A DNA stretch of 25,981 nucleotides, taken from Oligoflexia bacterium (GTDB taxonomy: Bacteria; Bdellovibrionota; UBA1018). The notes beneath the pieces were generated by a model. It was given only the letters and a program-made list of their open reading frames with translations, was not told the origin of the DNA and ran no database searches. Positions 19,280-25,981 of this stretch are shown in pieces (positions within the stretch are counted from its first letter, which is position 1; every line of letters begins with the position of its first letter). The translations under genes and the position numbers were made by a program. The DNA is taken from the NCBI GenBank assembly GCA_043732485.1, contig JAYTHP010000198.1:1-25981 (forward strand), in the 5' to 3' direction.

Positions 19280-20986
19280 GTGACTGTTCACCGCATTTTC
19301 GGTGGAGTGGGTTGCATTTTGACGAAAAAACCCGGGCGGCGTCAATATGAAGCGAATCCTCTACTTACGGTGCGTTCATCAGTTATTTGTTCGAACCCGC
19401 CTCAATCCTGCTGATCCAATAGGAAAGCGTGGCAATAAAAACCTCGATTTGACGCAGAAACAGCTTTTTGCTTTTCTCATCTGACTGATGCTGTCCACTA
19501 TTGATGAGCTCTCTTAAAATCCCTGCCTTGCAGGAGAATAGCTTTGAGGATCTACCGAAGGAAGCCAAGGAGCATATCCGCAAGCTTGAAGATATGATTC
19601 GTGGTCTTCTTGAAAAAAGGGGGGGGGAACAGCACTAATAGCTCGAAGCCCCCTTCAAGTAACGGCTTAGCAAAACAACCCGTCATCCCTAGTAGTCAAC
19701 GCAAAAAGACCGGAAAAAATCCGGTTGGACAGACCGGTCATCGTGGTACTAAACTAAAAAAAGTGGCGCAGCCAGACCAGGTCCTTCAGCAGAGTGTCTC
19801 TGAATGTGCATGCGGCTAGAGCTTAGAGAAGGTAAAGCCTGACAAGACCCATATCGTTCAGCTTTTTGACCTTCCAAGGATAACGATGCAGGTGACTGAG
19901 CATCAGATCGAGTTCAAGGTTTTCCCGTGCTGCCAAACCCGTAACTGGCGACAGTTACCTGCTAGCATTAAGGACAACGCAAATGCGGAATGCGGCCCCC
20001 ATATCAAGGGCCTTGCAATAAATTTAATGCATCATCATTTTGGTCCACCACGGCGAGTAAAAGAGATAGTGAATGGAATCTCCGGTCAATCTATTTCAAT
20101 TGGATCACTGATGAATGAGTCTGAGGAAGTCTTTCACGTCTTGAAACTCTTTGAGGCAGATCTCGTTCAGACGCTTAAAGGAAAAGCGCATGCCAATTTT
20201 TATGAAACTGTCATGCGCTGCGAGGGGAAAATGCACTGGCTGCACAGTGCCTCAGACTCGGAGCTCACTTTTTTGGGTATTCATCAAAAGCGGGTCGCTG
20301 CAGCCATGGAATAATTTGGTATCCTTTCAAATTTTAAGGGTATTGCAGTTCACGACCACTGGGATTCATACTTTACATTCAAAGTCTGCCAGCACGCGCT
20401 GTGCAACTCTCCTATCTTGCGCGAACTGAATTTTGTGGCGGAAGAGCAAAATGAGCCTTGGGCAAAGAATATGCATGAACTTTTGATCCGGATTCATAAA
20501 AAAGTGCAGCAACAGAAAAACCGGGGGAAGCAAAATCTGAGCAAATCAGATAGCATACGCGTTATTTTGGCCTATGAAGCCATTCTTAAGTCAGGATTTA
20601 AAGCCCATGCCGATGATCCGATATTGTCTTATCGCAAACAGACAAAAGGGGAACATCTTTTAGATCGACTCCAAGACTTTAACGCTGCCGTTTTGCGGTT
20701 CATGAATAACTTTCAGTTTCCCTTCACAAACAACCAGAGTGTGCAGAGCATTCGAATGAGTAAGGTGAAGCAAAAGATACCGGGGTGCTTCCGAAGTTTT
20801 GAGTCAGCCAAAATCTTCTGTCGCATTAGAAGCTATATCTCAACCAAGCGAAAGTAGGGATTTACTTCCTTGGCAGCTTTTGACGCTGTGTTTATGGGCC
20901 AGTCTCTCTCCCTGCTCAAATAACACCTGCAGAAGTTGTTCTCAAAAGCTTCTATGCACCCTGCAAAAAATGCGGTGAACAGTCAC
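19280..20986 (+). mobile_element. IS66-family insertion sequence (single-ORF tnpC type, 1707 bp)
   Basis: Perfect 20-bp terminal IRs GTGACTGTTCACCGCATTTT at 19280-19299 and 20967-20986, enclosing tnpC remnants. Confidence 0.92.
19504..20857 (+). pseudogene. tnpC: IS66 transposase pseudogene
   Basis: NSTNSSKPPSS, GQTGHRG, QLFDLP..MQVTEH, WLH.AS, HDHW, HALCN..LREL, PFTNNQS...IRM.KVKQKI.GCFRS. Frameshift at the A6G9 run (about 19613-19627), stops at 19817 and 20312, frameshift near 20415. Confidence 0.92.
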
Positions 20987-21025
20987 GAGAAAAATTGAGC
21001 TTTCATTATCCCTTAGGAGGACCCT

Positions 21026-21260
21026 ATGGACGAGATAAAGCAAGATGAAAGTAAGAACAATAGTGAAACAGATCGAGAGCCCATACCGGGCCAAGCCAAG
21101 AGGAAGTGGAGAAACCTAACGCTCAACTATGAGCTTGAGATCTTGACTAGGGCAGACCACACTCAGTCAGCTCACAGCTTGCCGGGAAGGCTGTTGCAGA
21201 AAGAGCGGCCTTACGCCTCCACCCTCCAGCGTCTGGAGAAAAGAGTGCATGCACTAGGAG
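21026..21260 (+). pseudogene. IS3-family OrfA (transposase HTH) remnant
   Basis: SD AGGAGG before ATG 21026; KRKWRNLTLNYELEILTRAD...GRLLQKERPYASTL resembles RRxFTxEYKLxILxEAD...GALLRREGLYSS. Runs directly into the GT fragment. Confidence 0.6.
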
Positions 21261-21263
21261 CCG

Positions 21264-21500
21264 ATTCCCCTCAGCGCCGTACATTCCAACGGCGCCAGAG
21301 TCTCACCGCAAGAGTTTGAGTTTCTGACCCATGACCCTTATCTCCACTTTCACTTGCCAGGTGGTCTGGCCCGCGAGAGCTTTTTCACCCCGCGCCTGCT
21401 GCTGTTGCACACCCAAGGGTATCAGCCCTCCAGCCGGTCTTGTCTGGCATTTTTACGTAAACAGCTGGTGGCCAGACTACGATCAGAGCCTTACTTTTAG
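21264..21500 (+). pseudogene. C-terminal 78-codon fragment of a paralog of the 15525-17114 glycosyltransferase
   Basis: IPLSAVHSNGARVSPQEFEFLTHDPYLHFHLP...LRKQLVARLRSEPYF* versus 16881-17114 IPLSAVHSNGARVSPQEIEFLTRDPYLHFQLP...LRKQLVAWLKSQLCF*. Confidence 0.92.
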
Positions 21501-22372
21501 ACTCCCTCAAAGCGCAATCAAGCTGCAACCACGCGACTGCGCTGCTCCTGATGGAGATGGGGACCGATGGGTAAACTCAAGACTTCTTGCGCCAACTGCT
21601 CAGCAATGGTAAAAATTTTCACTTTTCAGCCAGTAGTAGCAGTCGCTGCGTAAGCGCCCGCGCGATAGTACGGCACGGGATAATGCATCATCGTTGCAAT
21701 GTTGCAGTCTGCTAAATGGCGCTGCAAGGCATCCCTTTGTGGGTGACGAATGACGAACAGGTGCTAAACGCTTTGCGTGTCAGGTGTACCGTGCGGGAGT
21801 AGATAATCGGGGCGAGCTTGCAGGCTTGCCAAATAACAGTTTGTCACGTCCGTGCGCCTGGCATTCCAAGCCTCAAGCCATTGGAGCTTTTCCGTTAAAA
21901 ACGCCGCCTGCAGTTCATCCAAGCGCGAGTCTACCCCTTGATGGCCATGCTGATACTTGACTAAAAAACCCTAGTTTCTCAGCGCGCGGATCTTTTTGGC
22001 AAACTGAGGATCGCGCGTGGCAATGGCACCCCCATCGCCCAGTGCACCGAAATTTTTTGCTGGGTAAAAGCGAAACCCCGTCGCATCGTCAAAACTCCCG
22101 ACCCTTTGACCCCGATACCTGGCCCCATGAGCTTGCGCCGCATCCTCAATGACTTTCACGCCACATTTCCGGGCGATCTGGAAAATCGGCTTCACCGGGC
22201 TGGGCTGCCCATACAAGTGCACCATGATTACGGCCCTGGTCTTAGTGGTCCAGGCAACCTCCAGGCGGCTGGCATCCATCAGATAGCTCCCAAGAGGTAA
22301 CGGTGGCGGCTCGATCGCCACTGGAATCGTAACCACCGCAAGCCAGGTGGCTCAAAAAGTGTGGCTGGGTAC

Positions 22373-22766
22373 TAGGCTGCCAAAATAAATTTAATAAATG
22401 GACGCTTTAGGGTCAGTTTTTCGGAAATTTCCCCTAACCTGGTTGCCACTTGACCTATAAAGTCGACCGATCCAGTCAGTCTTTGAGGTGACGTTTTTTG
22501 ACCTAGTTTTGAAGTTCCACAAAAATCGAATCGTTTCTTCGCTCTTGCAGTATGGCTGGCGTTACCTACTTCCATACTACTGACAAGTACTTGAATCTTA
22601 ATCACAAACTAGGGCTTATAGTGCTTTGTATAGTTTTGACCCAGCTTTTGAAAGTAGGGGTTCTCTAAGGGCCAAAAACAATACCCGACTAACTTAGTAA
22701 AAAATTAACGCCCCGCTTTTTAGTTCTCACGCGGAACCGCCTCAAAGCTTCTATTTCGACAGCCTA
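22373..22766. mobile_element. 394-bp MITE-like non-autonomous element
   Basis: 9-bp target duplication GCTGGGTAC (22364-22372 and 22767-22775); terminal IRs TAGGCTGCCAAAATA / TAGGCTGTCGAAATA (13/15). Removing it rejoins EVLVPS-HTF of fdtB. Confidence 0.92.
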
Positions 22767-22939
22767 GCTGGGTACCAGGACCTCATCCCCTGGGCCATGC
22801 CCAAGGCTCGCAAAATCAGCACCAGCGCATCGAGCCCATTACCCACTCCGAGGGCGAACTCAACCCCACAATACTGGGCAAAGGCGATCTCAAAGCGCGC
22901 AAGTTCCTCACCCAAGACGTAAGGAGCTTTTTCCGTCAC

Positions 22940-22981
22940 CCGGGAGTTAAAGCCACCTCCAGCGGCGGCTTTAACTCCCGG
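22940..22981. repeat. Perfect 15-bp inverted repeat with 12-nt spacer inside the fdtB pseudogene
   Basis: CCGGGAGTTAAAGCC (22940-22954) and GGCTTTAACTCCCGG (22967-22981). Confidence 0.95.
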
Positions 22982-23018
22982 TGAGCCGCGGGCAGATCTA
23001 GAAAAGCCACAGGCTCCA

Positions 23019-23446
23019 TTACCCACTCCCTGGCTGCGCTTTTTCCCTGACGAGTGCTTGAAACTCCTCATAATCTTGAGTGTAATTTTTTTCATCGTCG
23101 GGCAGTGAGGTAAGCATTAAAATGACGGCCCCCGGAGTAAAGCAGCTGAGCTCTCGCCAAATCATCGGAGACAGGTAAAGCCCAGCGCTACCCGATTCAA
23201 GGTCTCCGTCCTGCGCAACACCCCGTCATCTCAGCTCACCTGGCAGCTCCCAGCCACCGCAATCATCCGCTGTTGGAGCTCTCTTTTGGCATGCCCTCCC
23301 CTGACTTCACCGCTTGGAACATCGCAGAGATAATAAACCCTGTTAATTTCAAAGGGCAGCACCGCTCCAGGTTACAAATAGGTGAGATTGCCACGAGCAT
23401 CTGAGATCTGTGGAAGCTCCATCATTTTACAAGCATCAAGCGCCAT
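23019..23446 (-). pseudogene. fdtA: FdtA/QdtA/WxcM-like dTDP-4-keto-6-deoxyhexose 3,4-ketoisomerase (cupin) pseudogene
   Basis: Not in the ORF track. Manual translation: ELPQISDARGNLTYL*...PFEINRVYYLCDVP.GEVRGGHA...*DDG...GLYLSPMIWREL..F..GAV...DYEEF. Two stops and one frameshift; its TAA overlaps the fdtB ATG (TAATG). Confidence 0.9.
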
Positions 23447-23616
23447 AAGCTCTCAAGGTTAATACCGATGATCACGCTAAAACAACCCTAGGCTTTTTTT
23501 CAGAGATTTCACGACGGCCTACTGCTTTGGCAACCCTTCCCAGCAACAACAACCACGGCTCAGTGCACGAGTACCGGTCCGGTGTTTTTCCATTGAAGTT
23601 TCATCCCGCTCGCCCT

Positions 23617-24360
23617 ATGCTAAAAGCTGTGCAAGACTCTCCTCACCATCCCTCCTCTTCTACTGCGAGCTCCCCCGCCGCCACGTCCCTCTCGGGTCGT
23701 CCCCTTGCCGCGTCAAGCGGCCTCGGAAGCGCGGGGCCAGCAGGAACCGAGCCCCTTACGATTGCCACCATTCACGCTCACCTTGCGACGGCCTGCCAGG
23801 AACTGCAAAACCTCAGCCAATTCCCCCCGCTGCTGCAGGCGATCTCCCAAGCGTTACAACTCTTTATCAGGAGCTATCAAAAAAAAGGCGCCCTTTTTGC
23901 GGCAGGCAACGGTGGTTCTGCTTGTGATGCCCAGCACTTGATTGCCGAGCTGGTCGGACGCTTCTCACGCGAGCGAACCCCGCTGCGGGGATTTGCCCTA
24001 ACCGCCGACATGGCCATTCTCACTGCCATCGGTAATGATTATGGTTTTGATCACGTCTTTAGCCGACAAATCCAAGCCAATATGAACCCCGAGCAAGACG
24101 TCTTTTTGGCGATTTCTACTTCCGGGAACTCCCCTAATATCTTGCGCGCACTTGAAACCTGCCAAAAGCTCGGCATTCCAAGCGTTTTGCTCTCCGGACC
24201 AACGGGCGGCAAGGCAGCCGCCCTGGCGCAAGTCAACCTGCTCGTCCCGGGATCTTGCACCGCCCGCGTGCAAGAGGGCCACATCGTGGTTTATCACCTC
24301 TTGTGCCAGCTGCTCGAAGCCGAACTGCAAAAGTTAGGCCTGTGCAGTTTTCTCGATTAA
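23617..24360 (+). CDS. gmhA: Phosphoheptose (sedoheptulose-7-P) isomerase, SIS domain
   Basis: GNGGSACDAQHLIAELVGRF, LTAIGNDYGFDHVFSRQI, ISTSGNSPNI, TARVQEGH. Start uncertain (ATG 23617 chosen; the ORF opens at 23527). Confidence 0.93.
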   Translation: MLKAVQDSPHHPSSSTASSPAATSLSGRPLAASSGLGSAGPAGTEPLTIATIHAHLATACQELQNLSQFPPLLQAISQALQLFIRSYQKKGALFAAGNGGSACDAQHLIAELVGRFSRERTPLRGFALTADMAILTAIGNDYGFDHVFSRQIQANMNPEQDVFLAISTSGNSPNILRALETCQKLGIPSVLLSGPTGGKAAALAQVNLLVPGSCTARVQEGHIVVYHLLCQLLEAELQKLGLCSFLD

Positions 24361-24380
24361 CGAGGTCTGGACTTGTTGGC

Positions 24381-25703
24381 TTAACGCCCGATTGAAAAGT
24401 ATTCAAACCCCAACGCCTCCATCCGCGCCGGCGTGTAGATGTTGCGACCATCAAAAATCAAAGGCGTTTTCATGGCTTTTTTCATCTTTTCAAAATTAAA
24501 CTCACGAAACGACTTCCACTCCGTGGCAATGCATAACGCATCGACATCCTTGAGCGCATCAAACTCATGCTCCACAAACGACAAGCTTTGCCTCTGAGGG
24601 TGCGCTTCAAAATGCTTCGCCGTCAACTCCATCGCCACCGGATCGTAGGCAACCACTTCAAACTTTTCCCGCAACAGCGCGTCAATCAGAAACAAGGCCG
24701 GCGCCTCACGAATGTCATCCGTCCCGGGCTTAAACGCCAACCCCCAGCAGGCAATCTTGCGCGCACCAGGCTTGAGGTTTTGCAGCAGCATCTTTAAGAA
24801 ACTCTGCCGTTGACTCGCATTTACCGCTTCCACCGCCTGAAAAATAGTCATTTCTAAGCCAAAACTGCGCGCCGTTTCAATTAAAGCCCGCACGTCTTTC
24901 GGAAAGCACGACCCCCCGTAGCCTAAGCCTGCATACAAAAACTGCAGACCAATGCGCGGGTCAGTGCCAATTCCTTGACGCACCGCATCAATATTAGCGC
25001 CGACCTTCTCAGCAAGGCGCGACATTTCATTCATCACCGAGATCTTGGTGGCCAGCATGGCGTTGGCCGCATACTTGGTCATCTCAGCTGAGACGATATC
25101 CATGAAAATCAAAGGATGGCCATTTTTTAAAAATGGCTCATAAAGCCGCTCCATTAAGTGCTTGGAGCGCTCGTTTTGGCAACCCACCACCACCCGGCTC
25201 GGCTTCAAGCAATCTTCAATGGCCGTTCCCTCTTTTAAAAACTCCGGATTAGAAATGAGATCAAACTCGTGGGTGACCTTGCGACTCAAAAAAACCTGTT
25301 GGAGCTTGGCTGCAATCTGGGCTGCCGTGCCAATCGGCACCGTCGATTTCGTGACAATGGCGCGGTAAGCGGGCATCGTCTGGCCAATGGTCTCGGCGAC
25401 GGCAAGCACGTGCCGTAAATCGGCGCTGCCATCTTCCTTGGGTGGGGTTCCCACGGCAATGAAAATCAGCTCTGATTCTTGCACGCCCCAGGCTAAATCG
25501 GAGGAAAAGTGTAAGCGCCCAGCACTGCGATTGGCGGCAATCAGCTCGTCTAAGCCTGGCTCATAGATGGGAGATTTGCCGCTATTGAGTAGGTCAATTT
25601 TTTTTTGATCGGTATCCAAGCAAATCGCTTCATGGCCCATCTCAGCAAAGCAAGTTCCCGTGACCAGTCCGACATAGCCTGTTCCAAAAATGGTGATTTT
25701 CAT
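24381..25703 (-). CDS. ugd: UDP-glucose 6-dehydrogenase
   Basis: GTGYVG, IAVGTP, KSTVP, SNPEFLKEG, AEMTKYAAN, GYGGSCFPKD, GLAFKP.TDDIRE, DGRN. Confidence 0.97.
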   Translation of the reverse strand: MKITIFGTGYVGLVTGTCFAEMGHEAICLDTDQKKIDLLNSGKSPIYEPGLDELIAANRSAGRLHFSSDLAWGVQESELIFIAVGTPPKEDGSADLRHVLAVAETIGQTMPAYRAIVTKSTVPIGTAAQIAAKLQQVFLSRKVTHEFDLISNPEFLKEGTAIEDCLKPSRVVVGCQNERSKHLMERLYEPFLKNGHPLIFMDIVSAEMTKYAANAMLATKISVMNEMSRLAEKVGANIDAVRQGIGTDPRIGLQFLYAGLGYGGSCFPKDVRALIETARSFGLEMTIFQAVEAVNASQRQSFLKMLLQNLKPGARKIACWGLAFKPGTDDIREAPALFLIDALLREKFEVVAYDPVAMELTAKHFEAHPQRQSLSFVEHEFDALKDVDALCIATEWKSFREFNFEKMKKAMKTPLIFDGRNIYTPARMEALGFEYFSIGR

Positions 25704-25912
25704 TTCCTAAAAGTAAGCAATTTTCCGGCTAAGCGCAATTCCTAAGATCACGGCCCTCGCAAAAAAACCCCCCACTTTGACTCAAAGCCCCCCTTCTCCT
25801 TCTTCGCACCTCATCATCACCATCAGCCGCCCACCGGCAAAAAGCTTTAAATTCTCTCCCCCTCCTCGATTTCTCCTTGTCCACCGACGGGCAGATTCGT
25901 TATAGGTGGAGA

Positions 25913-25981
25913 TTAAGGTCGGAGTCGATCGATCGGGAGAGGAAGCCCCCTCCCTTGATAAGTGAGAGCGTCGGCGATTGC
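25913..25981 (-). CDS. Possible 3' end of a gene entering from beyond the window
   Basis: Open frame AIADALTYQGRGLPLPIDRLRP* from the window edge; too short to identify. Confidence 0.25.
   Translation of the reverse strand, partial: AIADALTYQGRGLPLPIDRLRP

Larger units (their letters stand above)
18943..20986. mobile_element. Composite IS66-family element bounded by two right ends, with 8-bp target-site duplication
   Basis: GAGAAAAA at 18935-18942 and 20987-20994. Outer ends are inverted copies starting GTGACTGTTCACCGCATTTTTTGCAG. Confidence 0.9.
21518..23019 (-). pseudogene. fdtB: DegT/DnrJ/EryC1/StrS sugar aminotransferase (FdtB-like) pseudogene, interrupted by a MITE
   Basis: [100 protein letters not shown]. 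Several stops, frameshifts and a 394-bp insertion. Confidence 0.92.

Noticed and set aside
19613..19627. A6G9 run as a programmed frameshift or phase-variation site
   Set aside because: The transposase has several additional stops and frameshifts downstream, so slippage here could not restore function.
18943..20986. Three copies of GTGACTGTTCACCGCATTTT as a possible CRISPR repeat
   Set aside because: Irregular spacing, one copy inverted, no cas genes; fully explained as IS66 termini.
22372..22605. 77-aa minus-strand ORF
   Set aside because: Lies within the MITE with no transposase-like motif; probably spurious.
22751..23095. 114-aa ORF as a standalone gene
   Set aside because: A chimera of an off-frame fdtA end, part of fdtB and the MITE terminus.
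25860..25981. Short stems (TCCACC/GGTGGA; GGGAG..CTCCC) as an ncRNA or riboswitch
   Set aside because: No conserved motif of RNase P, tmRNA, tRNA or a riboswitch recognised; truncated by the window edge.

Overview
Bacterial chromosomal window; gene content and style suggest a Bdellovibrionota/Oligoflexia-like or deltaproteobacterial host (inference only). Left to right: (1) a decayed lipoprotein adhesin pseudogene with Ig-like domains; (2) a minus-strand pair, a 1100-aa TPR protein and a receiver-less FlbD/FlrC-like sigma-54 activator, under a -24/-12 promoter; (3) a lipoprotein plus mlaE/mlaF/mlaD; (4) an ABC-transporter-dependent surface polysaccharide locus (rfbC, wzm, wzt, two GT2s, gmhB, gmhA, ugd). 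The glycan locus is interrupted by an eroding zone at about 17.1-23.5 kb. This zone holds an AT-rich lipoprotein with a YopJ/CE-clan-like H-D-Q-C catalytic set, a composite IS66 bounded by two right ends and an 8-bp target duplication, an IS3-type remnant, a duplicated GT/aminotransferase junction, and fdtA/fdtB pseudogenes, the latter hit by a 394-bp MITE. The best candidates for novelty are the YopJ-like lipoprotein, the TPR plus receiver-less activator module, and perfect 15-bp inverted repeats sitting on frameshifts in two separate pseudogenes. All calls are by-eye motif recognition; no searches were run.
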